Source: Octopus bimaculoides (Eukaryota). From it: 64,000 nt of DNA. The translations under genes were made by a program, and so were the position numbers. The notes under the pieces are model-generated. The model searched no databases and had not been told where the DNA came from. It saw only the letters and a list, made by a program, of their open reading frames with translations. The stretch is from positions 58,710,029 to 58,774,028 of the forward strand of contig NC_068982.1 of NCBI RefSeq assembly GCF_001194135.2, in the 5' to 3' direction. Positions 1-12,863 of the stretch are shown piece by piece (the stretch's first letter is position 1; every line of letters begins with the position of its first letter).

Positions 1-27
1 TATATATATATATATATATATTCTGTT

Positions 28-355
28 TTACTTACTTCAGTCATTAGACTGTGGCCAAGCTGGGGCTTCGCCTTGGAGAGTTTTAGTCGAACAAATCAAT
101 CCCAGTGCTTGTTTTTAAGTCTGGTACTTATTCTGTAGGTCTCTTTTGACGTACTGCTATGTTCTAGGGACTTAAACACGCAAGCATCGGTTGTTCAGCG
201 GTGGTAGGGGGCAAACGCAGACACAAAGACATCCTCCCCGTACACACATATAGTCCAAAGCAGAAAACGCTTGCCTAAGGTATCACGCAGTGAGACTGAA
301 CCCAGAGCCATGTGGTTGGGAAGCAAGTTTCCTACCACTCAGCCACGTCAGCGCA
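28..355 (-). mobile_element. Family A SINE, internally deleted
   Basis: Reverse complement matches both the 5' and 3' parts of the family A reference. Confidence 0.8.
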
Positions 356-1862
356 GGTGTACACACACACAGATATATATATATATATATTGCCGGCGTC
401 ATGAGAATTTAATAAATTCTCGAGAGAACGTGAAATATATCTCACTTCGGAAGAGTGGATCTCGATGTACATGGAGCTATAAATAATAAAATGTAGATAT
501 TGGTTTAAGAAGCCCTTACGTGTTTATATTCTTGAATGTGATAAAGTGTAAATTAGGTTNNNNNNNNNNNNNNNNNNNNNNNNNNNNNNNNNNNNNNNNN
601 NNNNNNNNNNNNNNNNNNNNNNNNNNNNNNNNNNNNNNNNNNNNNNNNNNNNNNNNNNNNNNNNNNNNNNNNNNNNNNNNNNNNNNNNNNNNNNNNNNNN
701 NNNNNNNNNNNNNNNNNNNNNNNNNNNNNNNNNNNNNNNNNNNNNNNNNNNNNNNNNNNNNNNNNNNNNNNNNNNNNNNNNNNNNNNNNNNNNNNNNNNN
801 NNNNNNNNNNNNNNNNNNNNNNNNNNNNNNNNNNNNNNNNNNNNNNNNNNNNNNNNNNNNNNNNNNNNNNNNNNNNNNNNNNNNNNNNNNNNNNNNNNNN
901 NNNNNNNNNNNNNNNNNNNNNNNNNNNNNNNNNNNNNNNNNNNNNNNNNNNNNNNNNNNNNNNNNNNNNNNNNNNNNNNNNNNNNNNNNNNNNNNNNNNN
1001 NNNNNNNNNNNNNNNNNNNNNNNNNNNNNNNNNNNNNNNNNNNNNNNNNNNNNNNNNNNNNNNNNNNNNNNNNNNNNNNNNNNNNNNNNNNNNNNNNNNN
1101 NNNNNNNNNNNNNNNNNNNNNNNNNNNNNNNNNNNNNNNNNNNNNNNNNNNNNNNNNNNNNNNNNNNNNNNNNNNNNNNNNNNNNNNNNNNNNNNNNNNN
1201 NNNNNNNNNNNNNNNNNNNNNNNNNNNNNNNNNNNNNNNNNNNNNNNNNNNNNNNNNNNNNNNNNNNNNNNNNNNNNNNNNNNNNNNNNNNNNNNNNNNN
1301 NNNNNNNNNNNNNNNNNNNNNNNNNNNNNNNNNNNNNNNNNNNNNNNNNNNNNNNNNNNNNNNNNNNNNNNNNNNNNNNNNNNNNNNNNNNNNNNNNNNN
1401 NNNNNNNNNNNNNNNNNNNNNNNNNNNNNNNNNNNNNNNNNNNNNNNNNNNNNNNNNNNNNNNNNNNNNNNNNNNNNNNNNNNNNNNNNNNNNNNNNNNN
1501 NNNNNNNNNNNNNNNNNNNNNNNNNNNNNNNNNNNNTTATATGAGGTGGACGTATAGTTTACCTGCAATTTCGAAATAACCATCTTTTGTTTTTTATTTC
1601 CATGCATGTTTTTCTTCTCTTTCACATATTCCATTATCAGAATCCACAATCACCTAACTCTTACCTCTTTTATTTTTGATCGATACCAATAAATTCTTTA
1701 CTGTATGTGATGAATCGAACCGAATTGGCTACACATACATACATACACACATACATACATACATACACAAACACATACATACGCACGTACGTACAAACGC
1801 ATGTATATACATACATTAATACAGATATGCATACGAAGAGGCACACACACATTCCTACACAG

Positions 1863-1893
<31 letters not shown>

Positions 1894-1980
1894 ATGTCTA
1901 TTTGAAAATACATAAGTGTATGTATATGCATATACATATACATACATATATGTACACATGCACTCATATGTGTATGTATG

Positions 1981-2102
1981 CGTGGTAAGTAGCTTGCTTA
2001 CCAACCACATGGTTCCAGGTTCAGTCCCACTGCGTGGCACCTTGGGCAAGTGTCTTCTACTGTAGCCTCGGGCCGACCAAAGCCTTGTGAGTGGATTTGG
2101 TA
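1981..2102 (+). mobile_element. Family A SINE 5' half
   Basis: GTGGTAAGTAGCTTGCTTACCAACCACATGGTTCCAGGTTCAGTCCCACTGCGTGGCACCTTGGGCAAG... Confidence 0.85.
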
Positions 2103-2104
2103 AA

Positions 2105-2455
2105 ATTCCGTCGAGTTCAACTTCGCATTTCATCCTTTCGGGTGTCGATAAGTTAAGTACTACTTGCGTACTAATCTAATCGACTAACCAGATCTAATCA
2201 ACTGGCCCCCTCCCCAAAAATTTCAGGCCTTGTGCCGAGAGTAGAAAAGAATATTTCATTTGTTAGCACACCGGGCGAAATGCTTAGCGGTATTTCGCCT
2301 GTCTTTACGTTCTGAGTTCAAATTCCGCCGAGGTCAACTTTGCCTTTCATCCTTTCGGGGTCGTTAAATTAAGTACCAGTTGTGTACTGAGTCGATTTAG
2401 TCAACTGGCCCCCTCCCACAAAATTTCAGGCCTTCTGCCTAGAGTAGAAAAGAAT
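2105..2455 (+). mobile_element. Two family B SINEs head-to-tail
   Basis: Repeated AAATTCCG..GAG.TCAACTT.GC.TTTCATCCTTTCGGG modules, each ending AGTAGAAAAGAATAT. Confidence 0.82.
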
Positions 2456-2878
2456 ATGCTTGAACATATATAAGCAAACGTCTTAGGCCAGTTAAAAACG
2501 AACCAGCAGTCATTTGATTCGCGTAGATTGATTTATCATATACACACAATTCTATTAGTTTCTTCAGATTCTCTGACCGATTCCAAAGGTAGGTTGAATG
2601 ATAAAGCACTTTTCTTAGAATCCAAAGAATTACCTTCCTTCATCCACATGGCTTGTTGTATATGTCTATTGACATATTTGTATATTTAATTAACGAATTA
2701 TTTGTATATTTTAGTTGAATACATATGCTGTCTGGTAATTGAATATTCAAGCACGCATAGCCCCACATGCTCCCTACACCCACACACACATATAAATACC
2801 AACATGCATGTGTATGTGTGTACAAATAAAACTATGTATATGTGTGCATATAAATACGTACAGTTATATACATACATA

Positions 2879-2920
<42 letters not shown>

Positions 2921-3059
2921 TATAAAGGTACATCTCTCTTTATCTCCCTATATATATGTATATACACATATATCTCTGTGTGCATGTATGTATGTATGCA
3001 TGTATATATATGTATGTATGTATGTATCTATCTATACATACATACACACACACACACAC

Positions 3060-3092
<33 letters not shown>

Positions 3093-3157
3093 ATACACAC
3101 GTGTATGAATCTTTATGTATATATATGTGTGTGTGTGTTCTTTTATTATCTTATTCT

Positions 3158-3450
3158 TTTACTTGTTTTACTCATTTGATTGCTGCCATGCTGGAGCACC
3201 GCCTTTAGCCGAACAAATCAACCCCAGGACTTATTCTTTGTGAACCTAGTACTTTCCGTCTCATTTACTGAACTGGGGATGTAAACACACCAACATCGCT
3301 TATCAAGCGACAGTGGGGGGGGGGGACAAACACGGACACCAACACACACACACATATTTATATATACGACGGGCTTCTTTCAGTTTCTGTCTACCAAATC
3401 TACTCACAATACTTTATTCGGCCCGAGGCTACAGTAGAAGACACTTGCTC
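3158..3450 (-). mobile_element. Family A SINE, head truncated by family B copies
   Basis: GCCATGCTGGAGCACCGCC...TCTACCAAATCTACTCACAA...GAAGACACTTGCTC. Confidence 0.8.
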
Positions 3451-3465
3451 AATGTGTCGATAAGA

Positions 3466-3835
3466 TCGACTCCAGTACGCAACTGGTATTTAATTTATCG
3501 ACCCCGAAAGGATGAATGGCAAAGTTGACCTCTGGAATTTGAACTCAGAGCGTAAAGACAGACGAAATAACGTTAAGCATTTCGCCCTGCGTCCTAACGT
3601 TTCTTATTTCTTTATTTCCCACAAGGGGCTAAATATAGAGGGGACAAACAAGGACAGCCAAAGGGATTAAGTCGATTACATCGACCCCAGTGCGTAATTG
3701 GTACTTAATTTATCGACCCCGAAAGGATGAAAGGCAAAGTGGACCTCGGCGGAATTTGAACTCAGAACGTAACGGCAGACGAAATACCGCTAAGCATTTC
3801 GCCCTGCATGCTAACGTTTCTGCCAGCTCGCCGCC
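3466..3835 (-). mobile_element. Two family B SINEs (3466-3603 partial; 3605-3835 full length)
   Basis: Reverse complement of the 58871-59103 reference. Confidence 0.88.
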
Positions 3836-3856
3836 TTGTATGTACGTCTTTTATCT

Positions 3857-4245
3857 TTTGCTTGTTTCAATGACTGGACAACAGCTATGCTGAGACACCG
3901 CCTAAAAGACCCTTGTACTTATTTTCTTTCTAAGTCTGGTACTCATTCTGTCGGTCTCTTTTGCAGAACCGTTCAGTTCCGAGTACCTAAACTAATCAAT
4001 GTCGATAGTCGTGCGCTGGTCGAGGACAAACACACACAAAAAAAAAACATATAAACTTATAAAAACACACACACACACACACACATTAGTGCGACTAGGT
4101 TCAGCTTCTGTCTACCAAATCGATTCAGAAGGCTTAGGCTGACCCAGGGCTATAGTAGAGAACGCTTGCCCAAGATGCCGCGTAATGAGACTGAACCCAA
4201 GGCCACATGGTTGGGAAGCAAGCTTCTAAACCACACAGCTACGCG
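3857..4245 (-). mobile_element. Family A SINE, near full length, diverged
   Basis: Family A motifs in order on the minus strand. Confidence 0.78.
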
Positions 4246-5130
4246 AAAATAGAGTTAATATATTAACTGGTTTAACCCCATCGTGTGCTCCCTAGAGACA
4301 CATGTGGTGTCAAGCGAAAGCATTAATGTTAAGTTTCAGATTTGAAGATAACTTCCTTTCGTTCTTTCTTACATTAGTCATAGAGGCCCCGAAAAGGGTC
4401 ATAGATTCTACTCTTCTAGTATTCCTACAAAAGATACCTCCAATTTACATGCGCACACACACACACGCACACATGTTCTACATGCATCTACAGATGCAAT
4501 ATGTAAGGATGCGATCAGAAACACATGCACACACTTATATAGAATAGCGCGTGGATGCGTGTATGTACGCATACACAGATGAACTATCACCTTACATACA
4601 TTGTTTTTCAGTTTCAGGCGTATATCCGGATATACAATTACTTATTTTTATATCCCGATATCAGAATACGTAACATGTACAACAGTGCGTGTAGTTAGAC
4701 CTAACATAGTTATACAGACGCACACAAACATACTCACATAATCATACATACATACATACATACATACATACATACATACATACATACATACATAAGCACA
4801 TGCGTACCTATACACACACATAGATACACAAAGCCGTCGAAATACGAGAAATTAACTGAGTCAACGAGAATGCCTTTCCCTCCCTGTGTGGTAACGTGCC
4901 CTTGTGAGTATCGTGAGCTCACAAGGGGGCGCTATGGGAGTGCTGGGTGCAGCACCATCATAAGGCATGGGGACGGATCTAGGGGCTTGCTGTCAATAAA
5001 TAAATATTAGAGAGCCCAGTGCAGAGATTTTCCCGGTGGGGTAGGTCTATGATACTGCTGAGACAGCCCTGGTTGAGTACTTAGGGGGACCGTGATTAAT
5101 CTTAGAAATAAAATAATTAAACCAATTGGT

Positions 5131-5445
5131 GTGAAGGTGCGTAGCTTAGTGGTTAGGATATTTGACTCAAATCGTGAGCTAGATACCCGAGAGTGCGTTG
5201 TATCCTTGAATAAGACATCTTATTTCACGTTACTCCAGTCCTCTTAGCTGGGGAAAGTGAGTATTAACTGTACTTCAAAGGGCCAGACTTGTCCCATTTC
5301 TGTGTCACACTGAATCTCCCAGAAAACTACGTTAAGGTTACGCGTGTCTGTGGAGTAGTCAGGCACTTGCACGTCAATTTCGCATGCAAGCTGTTCTGTT
5401 GATCGGATGAGCTGGAACCCTTTTCGTCCTAACCGACAGAGTGTC
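5131..5445 (+). mobile_element. Family C head joined to tail type D
   Basis: C head to ~5250, then TTCAAAGGG...GTGTCTGTGGAG...CACTTGCACGT...GTTGATCGGAT, which is also found at 42300-42480, 59285-59470 and 63851-64000. Confidence 0.72.
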
Positions 5446-5619
5446 AGTTTATTTAAACCAAATATAGTACTTATATCTTAAATACATTTTCCAAAAATAA
5501 ATAAGCAAATAAAATCTTTTTCGAGTGAAAATATGAGAAACGCAAAGGTCCCTGAATAATGGTTGTTTAAGGATGATGAACAAAACACCCATGTTTCCAA
5601 AGGTGAATTATCTGAACCC

Positions 5620-5877
5620 CAAAGAATTCCTCTCAACACATGTCTATGACACCCCGCTCTACTCTGCTCGTGATCAGGGATGCACATATCGTCAGCCTCT
5701 AAGGGACATGCTCAACTGGTTAATGTCAAATAACTGACAAGCGAATCTGTGGTATTGAGCAGAATATTTGCTGTAGCTCATGTTTTATACCAAAACAAAA
5801 CAATGTACATGATAACACTTCCAATCAATTAAGATGAGAAGCCATGAGAGCCACTGCCTGGTACTGCATCAGAGCAT

Positions 5878-5944
<67 letters not shown>

Positions 5945-5960
5945 TATTATTATTATTATT
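5620..5960 (+). repeat. Probable retroposon 3' end with an (ATT/ATC)n tail
   Basis: Non-coding segment ending ...GCCTGGTACTGCATCAGAGCATTT then a compound trinucleotide tail. Family not identified. Confidence 0.35.
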
Positions 5961-5997
5961 ATTTTACGTTCTGACTTCAAATAACTACTACTACTAT

Positions 5998-6036
<39 letters not shown>
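5878..6036. repeat. Compound trinucleotide microsatellite (ATT)n(ATC)n(ATT)n ... (ACT)n
   Basis: Directly visible. Confidence 0.95.
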
Positions 6037-6038
<2 letters not shown>

Positions 6039-6171
6039 AACTGCAACTGTAATCTCATAGCCTCTGAAAGGGTGGAAGTATGTTAACCTCGACGGGATTT
6101 GAAATCAGATTATAAAGTGTCATGAAATGAAATGACGTCGGAAACTATTGTATACATTATTGATTTAAAAT

Positions 6172-6452
6172 TTTGGCACAAGGCCAGCAATTTCTGGAGA
6201 GGGGGATAGTCGGTGACTTATTTTATCAAACCCGAAAACATGTAAGGCAAAGTCGACCTCGGCATTATTTGAAGTCAGATAGGTTGATTACATTGACCCC
6301 GGTGATAAACTCGTACTTATTTTATCGACCCGAGAAGGATGAATGGCAAAAGTCGACCTTGACGGAATTTGAACTCGAAGCAATAAGACGTATGAAATGC
6401 TGATAAGAATTTTGTCCGGCGTGCAAACGATTCTGTCAGCTCACCGCCTTCA
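6172..6452 (-). mobile_element. Family B SINE(s), partly duplicated
   Basis: GGCAAAGTCGACCT..GGAATTTGAACTC..GATTCTGTCAGCTCACCGCC. Confidence 0.78.
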
Positions 6453-6839
6453 CATAAATCATTAAGTTTATTTAAACTGTCATCAGTAAGATTTAGCTTC
6501 GTGATTTTCCGGGGCAATACTTTGAATCTTTGAGTGGAATTTACTCAAGACAAAAATTTGTCCGATGCGACAATTGGTAGTCACTTTGGGATTTTCTGTT
6601 GAGAGGTGCAGAAGTGTGATTCTTCAGACAGCAGGACCTACAATTATGTAACTGAGTGGAGTGTGAAGACTTTGGTCAATGTTCCAGGTTACAGTAGGGC
6701 AAGAATGATTCTGGCCTTTAACCTTCTGGAGGAAAGTGGACTAAGAAGTGGACTTTACTCTCTCTTGGGTTGAAAGAAATGTAGGCGTTGATTATGTCAG
6801 CATTTGAAATTGACGATAAATTACTCCTTATGTGCTTAC

Positions 6840-6990
6840 AGAGTCGAGCTCACAATCATGAAGTAGTGAGTCCAATTCCCGGACCGGGCTGTGTATTGTG
6901 TTCTTAAGCAAGACACTTTATTTCACATTGCTCCAGTTCACTCAACTGTAGAAAGGAGTTGCGACGTCACTAATGCCAAGTGTATTGGCC
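6840..6990 (+). mobile_element. Family C SINE (subtype of 57690-58020), 3'-truncated at the PLE fragment
   Basis: GCTCACAATCATGAAGTAGTGAG...GTGTTCTTAAGCAAGACACTTTATTTCACATTGCTCCAGTTCACTC. Confidence 0.8.
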
Positions 6991-6994
6991 TTCC

Positions 6995-7210
6995 TTCGTG
7001 GAACACCTCCGAGACATCAGACTCGGCAATGACATCCCGGTCTCGCGCCACTACCGCTCTGCCATCATTCGCTATAACATCTATCTGTTTTCGGATTGTC
7101 TCTGCACAGGGTCCCACCCGGACTCCCGCCTTCGCCGTGAACAGAAATTAATCTTCTCTCTTCGTTCTTTTGCGCCATGTGGTGCTCAACTCATTACTCA
7201 CTTCACACAC
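6995..7210 (+). mobile_element. Penelope-like element 3' fragment (end of GIY-YIG ORF), followed by a CA-rich tract to ~7560
   Basis: FVEHLRDIRLGNDIPVSRHYRS...(frameshifts)...SRLRREQKLIFSLRSFAP(x)GLN resembles the typical PLE C-terminus (R..EQxLIFxLxTLxPxGLN). Confidence 0.72.
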
Positions 7211-7587
7211 CATTACATACACACTCACAAACACCTTCCCACTTCACACACACTAGCATCAAACATTTCTCAGCACCCACACCACACATCATTATCCACA
7301 CATCCACACACAATCTTCAATAGCATCACCACACATACCACTGTACAAGCAGCCCCACTCACTGTTTAATTCAGTACACACACCACACACCATCATTCAC
7401 ATTCCCACACCCACACAAGCACAGGATACTTGAACACGCATAAAAACGCATAAACACACGCAACACATAACTTTCGCCCACAAACATACACTATACACAT
7501 ACACATTATTTGGTCACAAACACACACACGTGTACATACCACCTGAACAAGCACACACACGTGTGTGCGTGTCTAACTATCTATCTA

Positions 7588-7632
<45 letters not shown>

Positions 7633-8357
7633 NNNNNNNNNNNNNNNNNNNNNNNNNNNNNNNNNNNNNNNNNNNNNNNNNNNNNNNNNNNNNNNNNNNN
7701 NNNNNNNNNNNNNNNNNNNNNNNNNNNNNNNNNNNNNNNNNNNNNNNNNNNNNNNNNNNNNNNNNNNNNNNNNNNNNNNNNNNNNNNNNNNNNNNNNNNN
7801 NNNNNNNNNNNNNNNNNNNNNNNNNNNNNNNNNNNNNNNNNNNNNNNNNNNNNNNNNNNNNNNNNNNNNNNNNNNNNNNNNNNNNNNNNNNNNNNNNNNN
7901 NNNNNNNNNNNNNNNNNNNNNNNNNNNNNNNNNNNNNNNNNNNNNNNNNNNNNNNNNNNNNNNNNNNNNNNNNNNNNNNNNNNNNNNNNNNNNNNNNNNN
8001 NNNNNNNNNNNNNNNNNNNNNNNNNNNNNNNNNNNNNNNNNNNNNNNNNNNNNNNNNNNNNNNNNNNNNNNNNNNNNNNNNNNNNNNNNNNNNNNNNNNN
8101 NNNNNNNNNNNNNNNNNNNNNNNNNNNNNNNNNNNNNNNNNNNNNNNNNNNNNNNNNNNNNNNNNNNNNNNNNNNNNNNNNNNNNNNNNNNNNNNNNNNN
8201 NNNNNNNNNNNNNNNNNNNNNNNNNNNNNNNNNNNNNNNNNNNNNNNNNNNNNNNNNNNNNNNNNNNNNNNNNNNNNNNNNNNNNNNNNNNNNNNNNNNN
8301 NNNNNNNNNNNNNNNNNNNNNNNNNNNNNNNNNNNNNNNNNNNNNNNNNNNNNNNNN

Positions 8358-8941
8358 ACAGATAACAACACCTTTCGTGGATGAAGACCTTCTTTAGCTT
8401 GGGGTGCCAGTGTTTGTCCTTTCCCTACCCACTGACTTCGGCGCTTGACATTTTTATAGAGAACCCATTTCTCGTCACCAGTCACTATTTGGTCCAAAAC
8501 AGGTTAATTCGTGAGACGTGACAGAAAAGAAGAGCACGCATTCACTGTCTGCGCACGATTAGACTCGGAAATTTTGTGAGGAAGTCATTGACCCAATTTG
8601 CTGACTTTACCGATGGCACGCGGATGTCGATGAATGGTTGAATGACTAAATCCAAGCTTCTCTGTTAGTTCCTCAACATTTACGATGGGATTTTGTTCCA
8701 CCAGGGTTAGTGCATCTCCTGCTCTCTCTTGGCTGATCGGTTCGTGAAGCACCTCCGAGACATCAGACTCGGCAATGACATCCCGGTCTCGCGCCACTTC
8801 CGCTCTACCATCATTCGCTACAGCTTCTATCTGTTTGCGGACTGTCTCTGCACAGGATGTCCCTGTCGAGCTCTACAGATCTTCCAGGTCGAGGCTCGTC
8901 TTCTAGGCTGTAGTTTCTGGCTCGGAATTTCTGGAACCACC
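8358..8941 (-). pseudogene. Decayed mariner (Tc1/mariner, DD34D-type) transposase fragment, interrupted by an insertion at ~8716-8852
   Basis: Minus-strand pieces read WFQKFRARNYSLEDEPRPGRSVELDRDIL / TLVEQNPIVNVEELTEKLGFSHSTIHRHPRAIGKVSKLGQ*LPHKISE (decayed WVPHxL motif) / DQIVTGDEKWVLYKNVKRRSQWVGKGQTLAPQAKEGLHPRKVLLS. These are the mariner HTH region, linker and first catalytic Asp. It has stops and frameshifts and both ends run into N-gaps. Confidence 0.93.
8716..8852 (+). mobile_element. Penelope-like element (PLE) GIY-YIG endonuclease C-terminal fragment nested in the mariner
   Basis: Reads LADRFVKHLRDIRLGNDIPVSRHFRS, resembling the PLE (L)xxRFxEHLxxI...PVAxHF segment. Closely similar to 6995-7110. 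It splits the mariner reading frame between DRDIL and TLVEQNP. Confidence 0.72.
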
Positions 8942-9254
8942 NNNNNNNNNNAATCAATGCTTGCATATTAAAGCATATTAGTATGAAGAAGATAAACAAC
9001 AAATACTGATTGATAAAAGAACACAAGACAGAATGGACAGTCGAGCTTGATGTGACATCATGTTGCGTCTCTTTGAATAAGCTTGTCGATCCCTAGATAC
9101 ATACATACATCAGTGTGCTTGCATGTGTATGTGCGCGCGCGCGATTGTATGTGTGTATGTGTGTATATACGAGTTTGTGTGTGAGTTTTCCCACAAAATT
9201 TGACCACTGTTGACTTGAAATAGCATTTTAGCCCTACGGTAAAATATAGACAAC

Positions 9255-9376
9255 CAGACAGGCAGGAATGTAGAGAGGCAGGCAGGCAGGCAGGCAGACA
9301 AACAGGCAAGCAGACAGAGAAACAGTTCGGTCCGTGGATTGAGACAAAGATAGGTAGACAGATTGATGGACGGTTG

Positions 9377-9430
<54 letters not shown>
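9255..9430. repeat. (GGCA/GACA)n and (GATA)n tetranucleotide repeats
   Basis: Directly visible. The reverse-orientation equivalent (CTAT)n(CTGT)n is at 21120-21240. Confidence 0.93.
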
Positions 9431-9431
<1 letters not shown>

Positions 9432-9654
9432 CGGATCGATTGTTTTGGGGTTGTTTCTATTCACTTACGAACAAACGGTATGAATGCTTGAGAAGAAAAC
9501 AAAATTTAAACTGGATTAATGTTCAAGCTTTTAGCTCTTTGATTCTCTCTCTCTCTCTCTCTCCTTCCCCCTCTCCTCAAATCTTTCTTTCACTTTCGCT
9601 CTCATCCCAAAATATTCGCTTGCACATGCTTCCCCATTCACAAGCTAATCATAC

Positions 9655-9692
<38 letters not shown>

Positions 9693-9741
9693 CCATAACC
9701 ACGGTACACACATGCACACACGAGTGTGTGTNNNNNNNNNN

Positions 9742-9788
<47 letters not shown>

Positions 9789-10057
9789 TATGCATGGGTG
9801 TGTGCGCATGTGCCTATGTGTATGTGTGTGTGTATGGGGCTGTATGTGGATGTCTGCTTCTGCGTGTGTGCCTCATAGTATATTATATATAACTATATAT
9901 CTTTGCTCTGTCAAATATTTAATTCTTGCTGTACTAGTGGGTGTATAATAAATATATAATTCTGGGATAATTACCAAAGTTTTCAAACAATAATCTAATG
10001 TTTACAGGCGTAGGATGACCTCCCAGTTCATCACTTATCAATTAATTTTGGGGTTCG

Positions 10058-10096
<39 letters not shown>

Positions 10097-10168
10097 GCAC
10101 ACATATGTAAATATGCGTTTGTATTCATTTATATATACATATATGCACACGTACACACACGCGCGCAT

Positions 10169-10235
<67 letters not shown>

Positions 10236-10691
10236 NNNNNNNNNNNNNNNNNNNNNNNNNNNNNNNNNNNNNNNNNNNNNNNNNNNNNNNNNNNNNNNNN
10301 NNNNNNNNNNNNNNNNNNNNNNNNNNNNNNNNNNNNNNNNNNNNNNNNNNNNNNNNNNNNNNNNNNNNNNNNNNNNNNNNNNNNNNNNNNNNNNNNNNNN
10401 NNNNNNNNNNNNNNNNNNNNNNNNNNNNNNNNNNNNNNNNNNNNNNNNNNNNNNNNNNNNNNNNNNNNNNNAAGCGTGTTACAGAAGACAGACGAACAAA
10501 GTGCTTGAAATAGCAGCAAAATTCTCCGTCAAATTAAGTATACATATTGTGTTCAGAAAAAAGAAAAAAAGACATGGGTACATTGCATTTTTTTCGGCCT
10601 ATTACGTTGTGAGGTCAAATGCCGCTGAGATCGACTTTGCCTTTACCCTTTTCAAAATTGATAAAGTAACGAACAGTTAAGCACTGGAGAT

Positions 10692-11035
10692 AAAGTAAAG
10701 GTAAAGTTACCTTCTCGAGTCTACCGAAGGCCGGTTTCCATGATGTATATAATTTCCTCACCTGAACGGGACGCCAGTTCATTGCAGGATTACTCACTTT
10801 TGGCAGTTGAGTGGACTGGAGCAACGTGAAATGAAGTGTTTTGCTCAAAAACACAACGCGTCGCCCGGTCCAGGAATAGAAACCACAACTTTAGGATCAT
10901 GAGTCCAACACCCTAACCACGAAACCACGTGCTTCCACTAAAAGGTAAAGTTACCTTTTCGAGTCATGCCGACTCATAAGGTCGTTTTCAATGACGTATA
11001 TATATATTCTCCACCTGGATGGGACGCCGGTATGT
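10692..11035 (-). mobile_element. Family C SINE (10692-10937) plus a second copy of its 3' tail
   Basis: Reverse-complement C head. The tail begins AAAGGTAAAGTTACCTT, which is repeated at ~10940. Confidence 0.8.
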
Positions 11036-12379
11036 GTCACTTTAGATTGCAAATTCAAATCTCAAGTTAAATGACTTTCCCTTTCGGCTTTTGTGGGATG
11101 TTTTTTTCTTGTAACATTTAGTAAGTGGGGAGGGCCGTATCCACGACGATTTTCAGGGATTCCAAGATTAGAAGGGGAGAAGAAGGTAAGCTCAATCAAA
11201 AGACGTTGTTCGAATCCTTGTAAAAGAATGGACTTCGTAAAAAGCACCCGATGACCAAGAAATGCTGTTAAACCGGAAAAAAGATGAAGGGCGATCACTG
11301 AGTCAAATGGATTGACCGAGCCCTCCACACAAACTCACAAACACACACGTAGATGTATGTATGTATGTATGTATGCATGTATGTATATATGTATGTATGT
11401 ATGTCATTCTTAGTTTTATTTCAAGAGTTTTTGCCAATAGAGAAAGAGCCGGTTTCTAACCTAGATCCAAGGCTCCTTCATTGGAATTTCAACATCAACA
11501 ACAAGGTATTTTTGTTTGTATGTATGTATATATATGTATATGTGCAGATTTGTATGTTTTGTTTTATGTTTGTATTCTCATGCATATAGTTGCATATCTA
11601 GACATGCTCATACATATTTAAATGATAAAATTCTGGAAAGTTTTACAGATGTTTACAGTTCCAGTGATAGAGTTGGTCTGTAGTATCCGAATTAGCTTTC
11701 TCCTTTCTGGTTTTGAGAAGCCTAATTTCTCTAGATTGGTATTTAAGCAGTATGTTACATATCCCCTGAGCCCCAATAATTACAGGTATAAACCTGAACT
11801 TTTAATTTGGATTGAGTAACTGCAGATTTCTCAATAATTCAGTATAGATATTCTCTTTTCACTGATCTTCAGCTTTATGTTAATATCCGCTGAGATTCTA
11901 ATTTCCACAATTGTACACAGTTTCTCTTCTATGTATGTATGTATGTATGTATGCATGTATGCATGTTTGTATGTATGCATGTAGGTATGTATGTTTGACA
12001 AGTTTGGCCCCCTGTAGCTTATTCGATGAAATGCAACTCGATGTCACACCAAACACGACTGCACACCTAGTATTGAGTCCTTTACATCAGTCAATCTTTC
12101 TTGCTTATCATCTGATTATTAATATACATGAGTATACATGTATACGTACGTGTGTGTGTGTGTGTGTGGGGGGGGGTTGAGGACTTCTCTGTCTGCTTTC
12201 CGTTCATCTGCGCGTGTACTGTATGTTTTTTCAACTTGCCGTTCTGTATCTGTCTTCCGTTCGTTTGTGCATTAAATATACGCTTCTTTAACTTATATAC
12301 ACATAAGTTTAAGTGGGTTTAAAGCGTCTGTAACCACAGCAGACATTTATGGGCTTATGTTATTGACACTATGGGAGGG

Positions 12380-12826
12380 AGTGAATTGACAGGATCGTTA
12401 GAGCAACTGATAAAATGTCATGCGGGTTTTTGTCCCGGCTCTTTACGATCTCAATTCGATTATCGACGAGGTCAACTTCGTTTTTCTATCTTTTCGGGTT
12501 CGCTCAAATAAACTACTATTGAAACACTGTAATCGACTTCCTCCTCCCCTAAAAGACAAGAAAAAAAAATGAAAAAAAAATTGTTGGCCCCTGTGCCAAA
12601 ATTTGAAACCAAAGGCAGTGAGCAGATAGAACTGATAGCATACCGTACAAAAAGCTTTGCGCCATTTCATTCGTTTTTATGTTCTGAGTTCTAATCCCGC
12701 TGAGGTCCACTTCACCTTTCTTCCTTTTGGTGTCGATGAAATCAGTACCAGTTGAACACTGGAGTTGATGCAATCGACTGGGCCCCTCCCCCAAAATTCC
12801 AGGCATTGTGCCTTTAGTAGAAAGGA

Positions 12827-12863
<37 letters not shown>

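Noticed and set aside
1540-1655. Protein-like minus-strand reading ...EKHAWK*KTKDGYFEIAGKLYVHL
   Set aside because: Has an in-frame stop, runs into a gap and matches no family I recognise.
11150-11195. Possible 29-nt plus-strand mini-exon (TTTTCAG|...AAG|GTAAGC)
   Set aside because: Short pyrimidine tract, not frame-preserving, and expected by chance in 64 kb.
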